Of a stretch of DNA of 64,000 nucleotides, positions 44,907 to 54,092 are shown piece by piece. The DNA is from Verrucomicrobiia bacterium. GTDB taxonomy: Bacteria > Verrucomicrobiota > Verrucomicrobiia > Limisphaerales > JAEYXS01. Under the pieces are notes generated by a model. That model was not told the origin of the DNA, did no database searches, and saw only the letters and a list, made by a program, of their open reading frames with translations. The first letter of the stretch is position 1, and the number at the start of each line of letters is the position of its first letter. Position numbers and translations under genes: made by a program. The stretch is from NCBI GenBank assembly GCA_036405135.1, contig DASWYF010000025.1, forward strand, positions 17,665-81,664, given 5' to 3'.

Positions 44907-46256
44907 ATGAACAACCGCATGCTTATCTCCCGGCGCACGCTGTTGCGCGGTATGGGTGCCGCCCTCGCGCTGCCTTGGCTCGAAGCCATGGGACCGATGA
45001 CCGGCTGGGCCGCTGATACGAAGATCAGCAGTGCAGCGCCGAACCGCATGGCTTTCCTCTATGTGCCGAACGGCGTGAACATGGCGGAGTGGAAACCGAA
45101 GAGTGAAGGCACCCTCGGCGAACTGCCCTCCACGCTCGCGGTGCTGAATAACCATAAGAAAGATTTCTCAGTCTTGACCGGACTGACTGCCGACAAGGCC
45201 CGCGCCAATGGCGACGGCGGTGGTGATCACGCCCGCGCGCTCTCGGCCTACCTGACCGGTTGCCAGCCGCGCAAGACAGACGGCACGGACATCCGCGCTG
45301 GTGTTTCCGTGGATCAGGTAGCGGCGGCCCGCTTGGCGGACAAGACACGCTTTGGCTCGTTGGAGATCGGCACGGAAGCCGGATCCATGGCGGGTAATTG
45401 CGATTCCGGTTACAGCTGCGTTTACTCGTCCACGATGTCCTGGCGCTCGGCCACTCAACCATTGCCGAAGGAAGTGAACCCGAAGCTGGTGTTCGAACGC
45501 CTCTTCGGTACCGGCAGCAAGGCGGAACGCGAACGTCGCGATGCCCAGCGCAAGAGTGTGCTGGACATGGTGAAGGAAGATTTCAGCGAGTTGAACGGCA
45601 AGCTCGGCAAGTCCGATCAGCGCAAGCTGGACGAATACTTCGCCGCTGTGCGTGACTTGGAATTGCGCATCGAACGCGCCGCGAACATGCCCGAAGCCAA
45701 GGCCCCGGAGAATTTCGGCATCCCCGAAGGCGTCCCGGCCAGCTACGAGGAACACCTCAAGATCATGGCGGACCTGATGATCGCGGCGTTCCAGACGGAT
45801 TCCACACGCGTCTGCACTTACGTGCTGGCAAATGAAGGCTCCGGCAAGGCGTATCCGTTCATCGGTGTGAAAGAAGGTCACCACGATCTCTCGCACCACG
45901 GCAAGAACCCGGAGAAGCTGGCGAAGATCGCGCAGATCAATCATTTCCACATGCAGCAGTTCGCGTATGTGATCGAGCGCATGAAGTCCATCAAGGAAGG
46001 CGATGGCACGCTCCTCGACCACTCGATGATCTGCTACGGCTCCGGCAATTCCGACGGCGATGCGCACAATCACGATGACTTGCCGTTGCTAATGGCGGGT
46101 CGCGGTTGCGGCACGGTCACGCCGGGTCGGCACATCGTTTATCCGAAGGAAACGCCGATCAACAACCTGTGGCTCTCGATGCTCAACCGCATGGAGATCC
46201 AAACACAGCAACTCGGCGACAGCACCGGCGAGTTGAAGGGCTTGTTGGTGACCTAA
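44907..46256 (+). CDS. DUF1552-type protein with a twin-arginine signal
   Basis: MNNRMLISRRTLLRGMGAALALPWLEAM is followed by ...RMAFLYVPNGVNMAEW..., ...GGGDHARALSAYLTG... and ...HHDLSHHG... This pattern is typical of the DUF1552 partner of DUF1592 proteins. Confidence 0.85.
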   Translation: MNNRMLISRRTLLRGMGAALALPWLEAMGPMTGWAADTKISSAAPNRMAFLYVPNGVNMAEWKPKSEGTLGELPSTLAVLNNHKKDFSVLTGLTADKARANGDGGGDHARALSAYLTGCQPRKTDGTDIRAGVSVDQVAAARLADKTRFGSLEIGTEAGSMAGNCDSGYSCVYSSTMSWRSATQPLPKEVNPKLVFERLFGTGSKAERERRDAQRKSVLDMVKEDFSELNGKLGKSDQRKLDEYFAAVRDLELRIERAANMPEAKAPENFGIPEGVPASYEEHLKIMADLMIAAFQTDSTRVCTYVLANEGSGKAYPFIGVKEGHHDLSHHGKNPEKLAKIAQINHFHMQQFAYVIERMKSIKEGDGTLLDHSMICYGSGNSDGDAHNHDDLPLLMAGRGCGTVTPGRHIVYPKETPINNLWLSMLNRMEIQTQQLGDSTGELKGLLVT

Positions 46257-46272
46257 GCTAAACAGTCTCATG

Positions 46273-46312
46273 AAAATCCCCGCTGAAGCGATTCGGCGGG
46301 GATTTTTATTTT
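46273..46312 (+). terminator. Rho-independent terminator after the DUF1552-type gene
   Basis: In AAAATCCCCGCTGAAGCGATTCGGCGGGGATTTTTATTTT, the stem AAAATCCCCGC/GCGGGGATTTT is followed by a T-run. Confidence 0.8.
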
Positions 46313-46413
46313 CAAAGAAGTGGGATTACAAACTCCCTCCTTCACTTGCGCTTCTGCTTTTCGTTAGAGTTTCAAGCAAGTTGAAACCAAGTATTCAATC
46401 CAAGTTCCTCACC

Positions 46414-46785
46414 ATGCTGCGTTTCATTTTTTGCGGCATTCTAGGATTTTGGCTGATGCTGCTCTCCTCCATCTCGCTTTACTTGTTCATCGCGGGAGAG
46501 CGAAGCAACATTTTGCATCCATTGATTGCATTGCCATTGGTGGTCTTGAGTTCACTGATGCTGCTCTATGGCATCGGGCAATGGGGTAAATGGGCTTATC
46601 TATGGATTTTCCACGCACCTTTGCCTTCCGCTTTTGTCTTTGATCTGCTCAATACAGGAACTGGTAAAGGTGATGCGCTTCTCCCAATCGTGCTAAGTCC
46701 AGTGATCGCGTATTTCATTGTCAAAGCCTACTATGCTCCTCCTGTTGCCCCGCCAGAAACCAATGGCGGTAATAGTCCCAATTGA
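46414..46785 (+). CDS. Small integral membrane protein (123 aa)
   Basis: The internal ATG lies after the terminator. The protein MLRFIFCGILGFWLMLLSSISLYLFIAG... has about 4 hydrophobic helices. The local GC content is lower. Confidence 0.55.
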   Translation: MLRFIFCGILGFWLMLLSSISLYLFIAGERSNILHPLIALPLVVLSSLMLLYGIGQWGKWAYLWIFHAPLPSAFVFDLLNTGTGKGDALLPIVLSPVIAYFIVKAYYAPPVAPPETNGGNSPN

Positions 46786-46867
46786 AAGCATCAGTCAGAC
46801 TCGACTCCCTCTTCTGTTAAATCTCTTCGCCTGAGCAGGTTTTCTTTTTTGCGCCTTCTGTGCTTCT

Positions 46868-49516
46868 TTGTGGCTATCACCGTTTTCATCCCTACACTAC
46901 GCCGCCGTGGAACCGAAATCGCTGCCCATTTGGCAGGTCCAGTCTCAGATCGTTGAATCGTTGCGCACTGCGCACCGGTTGGTGCTTGTCGCGCCCACCG
47001 GCTCCGGTAAATCGACGCAAGTCCCCCAGATGGTCCTCGATGCCGGACTCGCCAGTGATAAGAAGATCATCGTTCTGCAACCCCGCCGTGTCGCTGCGCG
47101 CACCGTGGCCGCGCGTGTCGCGTGGGAACGCAATGTCGTGCTCGGTCAGGAAGTCGGTTACCAAGTCCGCTTTGACGACCACACCTCGCTCGGCACGCGC
47201 ATCTGTTTCGTCACGGAGGGTATTCTCCTGCGCTGGTTGCAGGATGATCCCACGCTCGCCGATGTCGGCGCGATCCTCTTCGATGAATTTCATGAGCGCA
47301 ACCTGTTGAGCGATGTCGCCCTCGCCCTCGTGAAGCGTCTACAAACGCACAAACGCCCGGACCTGCATCTCCTCGTCATGTCCGCCACGCTAGATGCGCA
47401 GCCCGTGAAGGAATATCTGGATGACTGCCCCATCTGCGTCTCCGAAGGCCGCAGCTATCCCGTGCAGGTGGAATACATCAAGTTCAAGGACGAGCGGAAC
47501 ATCACCGAGCAGGCCGCCGATGCCGTGGAGAAGATCATCAATGCGCGCGAGCCCGGCGACATCCTCGTCTTCATGCCCGGCATGGCGGAGATCAACGCCA
47601 CCATTGGCGCGCTGCACAGCATCCGCGTCTCGGAAAAGATTCTTTGCATCCCGCTGCACGGCGAACTCTCGCCCGACCAGCAAGACCTCGCTTTCCAAGC
47701 CAGTGATCGCCGCAAAGTCGTCGTTGCCACGAACGTCGCGGAAACCTCCGTCACCATTGATGGCGTGTGTTCCGTGGTGGATAGCGGCATCGCCCGCGTG
47801 GCCCGTTACGATGCCGAACGCGGCATCAGCACCTTGCATCTCGAAGAGATCAGCCGCGCCTCTGCCGATCAACGCAAAGGCCGCGCTGGCCGCACTGCTC
47901 CCGGTGTGTGCTATCGCCTCTGGACCGAGAGCGGGCACTTGAATCGTCCCGAGCGCAACACGCCGGAGATCCAACGTGCGGACATGGCGGAAGTCGTCCT
48001 GCTCCTGCATTCCCTCGGCATCAAACACGCCGCCGGTTTCGATTGGCTGGATAAGCCCGATCCCGTCGCCGTGGAACGTGCCGAGATGCTGTTGCACACC
48101 TTAGGTGCTCTGCGTCCGGCCACGAAAGGCAACGACGATCCCGATGCCGACCGCATCGCGAGCGATCTCACGCCCATTGGCCGCCAGATGATGCGCCTGC
48201 CCATGCACCCGCGCTATTCACGCATGCTCGTGGAAGCGCAGAAGCGCGGCTGTGTCGGTGCCGCCGCCTTGTGCGCCGCCCTCGTCAGCGGACGCGATCT
48301 CCTCACACGCATCGGTCGCGATGAAAAGCATATCGCAGAAAACCGTGAACTGTTTGAAGGCAGCCAGGATTCCGATTTCTTCACGCTCATGCGCGCCTAT
48401 CAGTTCGCGCGCAAGAACAGCTTCAACGTGGATACGTGCCGTCGCTACGGCATCAACGCCCGTTCTGCGCGTGAGATCGAGCAGACCTATTTGCAGATCG
48501 TAGACATCTGCCGCCGTCAAAAGTTCCACGAACTTTCGCCCGATGAAGCCCCACCGAAGACCGATGACACCTCTCTGCAACGCTGCCTGATGACCGGCTT
48601 CATCGACCAGCTTTGCATCCGCCGTGATAAAGGCACGCTGGAATGCGACCTCACCGAAGGCCGCACTGGCACACTTATGCGCGAGAGCGTCGTGCAGCAA
48701 TCCACCATGTTCGTCGTTGCCACGATCCGCGAGGTGAGCGGTCGCACCGGTCACATGACCTTGCTCGGCATGGCCACGCACATCAAACCCGAGTGGCTCA
48801 GCGAGACGTTCCCCGAGCAACTCCACACACAGGTCGAGCATCTCTATGACCGCGGCCACAAACGAGTCGCCGCCGTGAAGCTCGTGCGCTTCCACGACCT
48901 CGTCATCGCACACGAACATCAGCGTGACGTGGAGCCCGGCCCCTCAGGTCGTTGCCTTGCGGAAGCCGCACGCAAGCAATGGTTCGAGCTCCCGCTCTTC
49001 AATCACGAGATCAAGCAATTGATCAATCGCGTGAACCTCATCTGCAGCATCCAGCCCGAGCTGGAACTGAAGCCCTTTGATGAACCCGCCATCATCGCGT
49101 GCCTCGCCGAAGCCTTTAACGGCCAGACGCTCGCGAAAGAAGCGCAAGCCACGAACCTCAAAGAAGCTTTCCTGAAACATTGGCCGAAAGGCCAGTGGGA
49201 TTGGCTGAATGAACTCGCACCGAACACGATCCCTTGGGGCGAAGGCAAACCCGCCAAACTGCAATACGGGGAGGATGAAGATAAAAACTCCGAGTGGCCG
49301 ATCCTGCCCGAACTGCAAGTGAAGATCACCGACTGCTTCACGCTGAAAGACCATCCGCGCCTCTGCGAAGGCCGCATCCCCGTGCGCCTCTGGGTCTGTG
49401 CCCCCGATGGCAAACGCCTCGGCTCCACCATTGATTGGGCAAACTTCCGTGCGAAAGAGTATCCGAAGCTAAAGCCAGCTTTGCAGAAGAAATTCAGCAG
49501 CCTGTTGTGGCCATAG
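46868..49516 (+). CDS. hrpB: ATP-dependent RNA helicase HrpB (DEAH-box)
   Basis: It has the Walker A motif LVAPTGSGKSTQVPQ and the DEAH box ILFDEFHERNL. It also has TNVAETSVTIDGV, QRKGRAGR and a long HA2/OB-type C-terminal region. The true start may be the GTG at 46907. Confidence 0.85.
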   Translation: MWLSPFSSLHYAAVEPKSLPIWQVQSQIVESLRTAHRLVLVAPTGSGKSTQVPQMVLDAGLASDKKIIVLQPRRVAARTVAARVAWERNVVLGQEVGYQVRFDDHTSLGTRICFVTEGILLRWLQDDPTLADVGAILFDEFHERNLLSDVALALVKRLQTHKRPDLHLLVMSATLDAQPVKEYLDDCPICVSEGRSYPVQVEYIKFKDERNITEQAADAVEKIINAREPGDILVFMPGMAEINATIGALHSIRVSEKILCIPLHGELSPDQQDLAFQASDRRKVVVATNVAETSVTIDGVCSVVDSGIARVARYDAERGISTLHLEEISRASADQRKGRAGRTAPGVCYRLWTESGHLNRPERNTPEIQRADMAEVVLLLHSLGIKHAAGFDWLDKPDPVAVERAEMLLHTLGALRPATKGNDDPDADRIASDLTPIGRQMMRLPMHPRYSRMLVEAQKRGCVGAAALCAALVSGRDLLTRIGRDEKHIAENRELFEGSQDSDFFTLMRAYQFARKNSFNVDTCRRYGINARSAREIEQTYLQIVDICRRQKFHELSPDEAPPKTDDTSLQRCLMTGFIDQLCIRRDKGTLECDLTEGRTGTLMRESVVQQSTMFVVATIREVSGRTGHMTLLGMATHIKPEWLSETFPEQLHTQVEHLYDRGHKRVAAVKLVRFHDLVIAHEHQRDVEPGPSGRCLAEAARKQWFELPLFNHEIKQLINRVNLICSIQPELELKPFDEPAIIACLAEAFNGQTLAKEAQATNLKEAFLKHWPKGQWDWLNELAPNTIPWGEGKPAKLQYGEDEDKNSEWPILPELQVKITDCFTLKDHPRLCEGRIPVRLWVCAPDGKRLGSTIDWANFRAKEYPKLKPALQKKFSSLLWP

Positions 49517-49575
49517 GACAACCCTTATCGGTGAAGCGTGAAGAGTGTTAAATCGTTTTAGATTTTTAACACCTT

Positions 49576-49633
49576 CAATCATTCGCCATTGGTCATTCCT
49601 CCGTCATACAGGCTTGGTCATTCGTCATTCTCC
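49576..49633 (+). repeat. Stutter-type element, TCATTCG family
   Basis: The sequence is TCAATCATTCGCCATTGGTCATTCCTCCGTCATACAGGCTTGGTCATTCGTCATTCTCC. Its 3' end overlaps the stop region of the convergent gene. Confidence 0.55.
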
Positions 49634-51034
49634 GCCACCCTGCTTCACCGCCCCTGCGGCATCCAGAAACACCATCTCCTGAATCAACTCCGTCTTGATC
49701 TCCGCTTCACCGATGCCCGGCAGGAGCACACGTGCCTTGCCATCTTTCCACGAGAGCAGCTCAAACGTCAGTACGCCGCCACTGCCCAGTTTCGCCCGCG
49801 CCAGACGGCCTTTCCCGGCGGTCACAGCTCCTTCTGAAATATTTTTGACCGGACTGAACTCGATCCGTTGCACGCGCTCCAGCGCTACGTTGAATGAAGT
49901 TTGGCCGGTCTGAAGCGTCACGTTTGTCTGGTTATAAGCGAGCAGTTTGCCCACCATTCTCTCACCAGAAACGGTGATCAGTGCTTCATCCGGCCCCACA
50001 TGATTGGACGGGCTCACCTCATCCAGGCGGCCATCCCATTCACTCACGCGCAGATTGCTCAATCGCACGCTACCCTGCCCTTGATGCACGAAACGCACGC
50101 CCGTTCCTTGCGCGGGAGACATCCCTTCCGTCCATTGTTTCACCAGCACACCATCTATCAGCAGCGTGATCGTCTTGCGATCTTTGCTCGCATGGATCGT
50201 CACCCGCGCCTCGTTCTTCTGGCTCAAGACCGGGGCGATCACCTGCCCCACCGTGCGCACCGGTTCCTTCTGGCTTACATAGAGCAAATTCACCGAATGA
50301 CTGTTGATCTGCAGGCTGTAGAAAGCCGCGAATGCCGGCTCATTCTCCGTGGCACGTAAACTGATGGGTTTCAACGAATCGGTGAACACCGCGATGGCCA
50401 GGTTCAAGGTCCCCCGCCAGGCCACATCGAACTCCATGGTCATCTGGCCGGGCAGCTTGAGATCACGGGCCACGGATGCCGACTTCGTGGCCAGAAATGC
50501 ACCCGGCTGAAAAGTCCAAAACCCAGCATCGTCACCCGCACTGGTGACTTCTGCAAAAGTCCAGCCATTCATGTCCTTGATGCCATCGAAGACCGTCTTC
50601 AGATTCGCCGATTGCGGTGAAAGGGAACGGAGCAGCGGCCTGGGTATGGTGAGCTGGCCGTCAAAGACCGTTTCAAACTTGAGCGCATTCGTCTCCAGCG
50701 CCATCACGCTGCCATCCACCACATCCCCGTTCCGCAAGCGGACGCGCGCAGGCAACTCACCGCTGGGCGGGATGGATTTTGCCGGACCAAGATCAATCGC
50801 CTGCACCTTTGCCGCATCAAATACCATCGTCCCTAGGCTGTCCGCGCGGGACCAGCCAAGCCCTGCCGCTTGCTCATAGGAAACCATCCTGCCTCTGAGC
50901 ACATCCCCATTGCTCAAAGTGAGCACATGCGGCTCCTGTGGTGGCTCTGCAGCGAAAGCTGGCACGGCTGCAAGGCACGCCACCACCAGCAGAAGGAGCT
51001 GCCGCCATGAGGGCATGATCTGTTGAGCTTGCAT
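49625..51034 (-). CDS. Exported hypothetical protein with repeated ...NGD.(L/V).G... beta-type units and a central jelly-roll-like region
   Basis: The internal ATG at 51034 gives MQAQQIMPSWRQLLLLVVACLAAVPAFA, a signal peptide. Recurring segments include LSNGDVLRGRMVSYE, LRNGDVVDGSVMALE and VSGERMVGKLLAYN. Confidence 0.65.
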   Translation of the reverse strand: MQAQQIMPSWRQLLLLVVACLAAVPAFAAEPPQEPHVLTLSNGDVLRGRMVSYEQAAGLGWSRADSLGTMVFDAAKVQAIDLGPAKSIPPSGELPARVRLRNGDVVDGSVMALETNALKFETVFDGQLTIPRPLLRSLSPQSANLKTVFDGIKDMNGWTFAEVTSAGDDAGFWTFQPGAFLATKSASVARDLKLPGQMTMEFDVAWRGTLNLAIAVFTDSLKPISLRATENEPAFAAFYSLQINSHSVNLLYVSQKEPVRTVGQVIAPVLSQKNEARVTIHASKDRKTITLLIDGVLVKQWTEGMSPAQGTGVRFVHQGQGSVRLSNLRVSEWDGRLDEVSPSNHVGPDEALITVSGERMVGKLLAYNQTNVTLQTGQTSFNVALERVQRIEFSPVKNISEGAVTAGKGRLARAKLGSGGVLTFELLSWKDGKARVLLPGIGEAEIKTELIQEMVFLDAAGAVKQGGGE

Positions 51035-51276
51035 CGTATGGAATAGTCCGGCCAGTTCGCCTCCAAGTCCAGTCACTTTCCATATCGGAAGACTACCAAG
51101 GTTTGCTCTTTGAGCATGATATGGGATAATGCGGTCATAGTTCTGTGCGGGTCGCAGGGGCCTCACCTGGTTGGAATGAAACATAGCGAGACATCACTTC
51201 ATGCGATGCAGTTCTTAAGCGAACTGCCGACCGGCTGCCTTCCCACCATAAGTTAAGTTTTTCCCAAACCTTCCCG

Positions 51277-53859
51277 ATGCCCGCATCTGATTCCACGCAA
51301 GCCGGACCACCCAGCAAAGCCGCACGCTCGCCATGGTTCGACCCCTTTGTCTGGCGCATGGCGTGGCGGGACAGCCGCACCAGCCGCGGGCGACTGCTAT
51401 TCTTTGCTTTGGCGATGCTGGTCGGTGTGGCGGCCATCGCTGGCGTCACTGCTTTCGGTGAAAACTTGCGCGAAGCCATCAACCAGCAATCGCGTTCTCT
51501 GCTGGGGGCGGATCTGGTCATCACCGGTCGCCGTCCATTTACCGAAGGGCAGATAAAGTTTTTCAAATCATTCAACGGAGAAATGAGCATGGGGGCCAAT
51601 CTCTCGGCGATGATCTCTTTTCCGAAGAGCAATGACGGGCGGCTCATCCAGTTGCGGGCGGTTGAGGATAATTTTCCATTCTACGGGATTTTCACCACAG
51701 AACCGGCCTCAGCCAAAGAAACTTTTCGGCGCGGCGGCGTGTTGGTGGAAGCCAGTTTGCTCGCCCAATACAACGCCAAGGTAGGTGACCCCGTTAAGCT
51801 GGGACGCTGGGAAGGCGTGATCGCAGGCGAGCTGGAGCAAGTGCCCGGGGAAACTCTGGCCTTCGGAGCTTTTGCTCCGCGCGTTTATATCTCTGGTGAG
51901 GATTTGATGAAGACCGGCCTGTTGCGACCGGAAAGTTTGGTGCGCTTCCGAGCCAGCTTCAAGTTTCCCGAATCTTTCGATGTCGAACAATTGATGGAGC
52001 AGGTGGAGCCGGAACTGATCGCCATGCGGCTCGGTGCAGATACAGTGAAGGAACGGCGCGAGGAACTGGGCCAGTCCATGACCAACCTCTACAACTTCCT
52101 CAACCTGGCGGGATTCATCGCCCTTCTGCTCGGTGGGATCGCCGTAGGTTCCGCGCTGCAACTGCACATCAAACATAAGCTGGCGACTGTCGCCACCTTG
52201 CGCTGTCTGGGTGTGGATGCAAAACGGACCATGGCGATTTACCTCATCCAAGCCCTGGTCATCGGGGTGATCTGCGCTTTTGGCGGAGCATTGGCAGGCG
52301 TAGCCGTGCAGAAGGCATTGCCAGGCATAGTCAAAGAGTTTTTGCCTTTCGATGTCTCTTTCACCTTCTCCTGGATTGCACTGCTGCGCGCCGCGTTTTT
52401 TGGCATGCTCTTCTGCGGACTGTTCGCATTGCTGCCATTGCTGCCCGTGCGGCTGGTGCCCCCGCTCGCAGCGATACGGAAAAACTGGGAGGAAACACCC
52501 GCACGCTTTGATTCCGCACAATGGATCACCGCTGCTTTGCTGGGCGCTGGCGTTATCACATTCAGCGTGGTGCAGAGCCATGACTGGCGGGTGGGACTCG
52601 GCATGGCAGGCGGCTTGGTGGTTGCCATCGGGTTGCTGGCATTAGTCGCGCAAGGTTTGCGCAAGCTCGCGCGCAAGGCGGGGCAGACACAGCTTCCTTT
52701 TGTCTGGCGGCAAGGTATCGCGAGCTTGCACCGGCCGAACAACCGCACGCTCGTGCTGTTGCTCTCTTTGGGCTTGGGCGCATTTCTTCTCCTAACCTTG
52801 CGGCTTACCGAGTATTCGCTGCTTCATGGCCTTCTGCCTGAGACAGACACGCAACGTCCCAATACCATTCTCTTCGATATCCAAGCGGATCAACGCGCCG
52901 GAGTGCAGGAGATATTGGAGCAACAGGGATTGAAGGCGATGCAGCAAGTGCCGGTGGTCACGATGCGCTTGATGAATATCAAAGGCACGCCAGTCGAAAA
53001 AATCCTGAAGGATGATAAATCTCCCATCCCGACATGGACGCTTCGCCGCGAGTATCGCTCCAGCTACCGTGATACGATGGGTTTCAGCGAAGAACTCACC
53101 AAAGGCGAGTGGCCTCCCGCGAAGTTCGATGCCGATAAGTTCGTGCCCATCTCCATAGAAGAAGGTATCGCCAAGGATCTGCAGGTGGATATGGGCGATG
53201 AACTCATCTTCGACGTGCAAGGTCTGCCTGTTACTACGAAGATCGTTGCCCTGCGCAAAGTGAACTGGCGACGCATCGAACCAAATTTCTTCATCGTGTT
53301 TCCTCCGGGCGTCTTGGAGGAAGCTCCGGGCTTTTTTATCACGGCCACGCATGTCGCCACTCCTGAAGCCTCAGCCCAGATGCAACGGACCGTGCTGCAA
53401 AAATATCCGAATGTGTCGGTTATCGATCTCACACTGGTCCTGCACACGCTCGATGACATCTTCACCAAGGTTTCCTCCGTGATCCGTTTCATGGCGCTCT
53501 TCACCGTCGCTACGGGCCTTATCGTGCTTACAGGCACCTTGCTCGCCGCACGGTTCCAGCGCGTTCAGGAAAGCGTGCTGCTGCGTACCTTGGGCGCTTC
53601 ACGCCAGCAGGTGCAGCAGATACAATTCGTGGAGTATCTCTGCCTCGGCGTGCTGGCGGCATTGACCGCGTGTGTGCTGGCACTGGCAGCGAACGCCGCG
53701 CTGGCATGGTGGGTCTTCAAGATGACGTGGGTGATCGATTGGTTCGCCGTAGCGGTGGCGTTGGTGACTTTGCCTGCATTGACGATCTTTGTCGGCTGGC
53801 TGACGAATCGTGGCGTGGCGAATCATCCGCCATTGGAGATTTTGCGCGCGGAGGCGTGA
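51277..53859 (+). CDS. FtsX/MacB-type ABC transporter permease (YbbP-like, duplicated FtsX domains)
   Basis: This 860-aa protein has the N-terminus ...FVWRMAWRDSRTSRGRLLFFALAMLVGVAAIAG, two periplasmic-domain-plus-4-TM modules, and the C-terminal block ...ESVLLRTLGASRQQVQQIQFVEYLCLGVLAAL... No ATPase gene is adjacent. Confidence 0.8.
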   Translation: MPASDSTQAGPPSKAARSPWFDPFVWRMAWRDSRTSRGRLLFFALAMLVGVAAIAGVTAFGENLREAINQQSRSLLGADLVITGRRPFTEGQIKFFKSFNGEMSMGANLSAMISFPKSNDGRLIQLRAVEDNFPFYGIFTTEPASAKETFRRGGVLVEASLLAQYNAKVGDPVKLGRWEGVIAGELEQVPGETLAFGAFAPRVYISGEDLMKTGLLRPESLVRFRASFKFPESFDVEQLMEQVEPELIAMRLGADTVKERREELGQSMTNLYNFLNLAGFIALLLGGIAVGSALQLHIKHKLATVATLRCLGVDAKRTMAIYLIQALVIGVICAFGGALAGVAVQKALPGIVKEFLPFDVSFTFSWIALLRAAFFGMLFCGLFALLPLLPVRLVPPLAAIRKNWEETPARFDSAQWITAALLGAGVITFSVVQSHDWRVGLGMAGGLVVAIGLLALVAQGLRKLARKAGQTQLPFVWRQGIASLHRPNNRTLVLLLSLGLGAFLLLTLRLTEYSLLHGLLPETDTQRPNTILFDIQADQRAGVQEILEQQGLKAMQQVPVVTMRLMNIKGTPVEKILKDDKSPIPTWTLRREYRSSYRDTMGFSEELTKGEWPPAKFDADKFVPISIEEGIAKDLQVDMGDELIFDVQGLPVTTKIVALRKVNWRRIEPNFFIVFPPGVLEEAPGFFITATHVATPEASAQMQRTVLQKYPNVSVIDLTLVLHTLDDIFTKVSSVIRFMALFTVATGLIVLTGTLLAARFQRVQESVLLRTLGASRQQVQQIQFVEYLCLGVLAALTACVLALAANAALAWWVFKMTWVIDWFAVAVALVTLPALTIFVGWLTNRGVANHPPLEILRAEA

Positions 53860-53865
53860 GCCCTT

Positions 53866-54090
53866 CTCTTTGCCCCAACGGGGCTAAGTCTATCAGCCCA
53901 GCGTTGCTTCGCGACAGCAGGAGCGAAGCTACGCTGGGTAGTCGCAACAAAGTCATTACCCTGAAAGGGTTTTATCACTGCACGGTGGTGATGAAACCCT
54001 TTCAGGGTAAAATCTGAAAACGGATTTACCCAAGGTAGCTCGCAAGCTCGCAACCTTGGGCTGATAGACTTAGCCCCTTTGGGGCAAAAG
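53866..54090. repeat. 225-bp nested palindromic element (~33-bp outer inverted repeat enclosing three internal hairpins)
   Basis: The outer arms are CTCTTTGCCCCAACGGGGCTAAGTCTATCAGCCCA (53866-53900) and TGGGCTGATAGACTTAGCCCCTTTGGGGCAAAAG (54057-54090). The internal hairpins are CCCAGCGT..GCTTCGC-loop-GCGAAGC..ACGCTGGG, TTACCCTGAAAGGGTTT..ATCAC-loop-GTGAT..AAACCCTTTCAGGGTAA and CCCAAGGT...ACCTTGGG. Confidence 0.85.
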
Positions 54091-54092
54091 CC

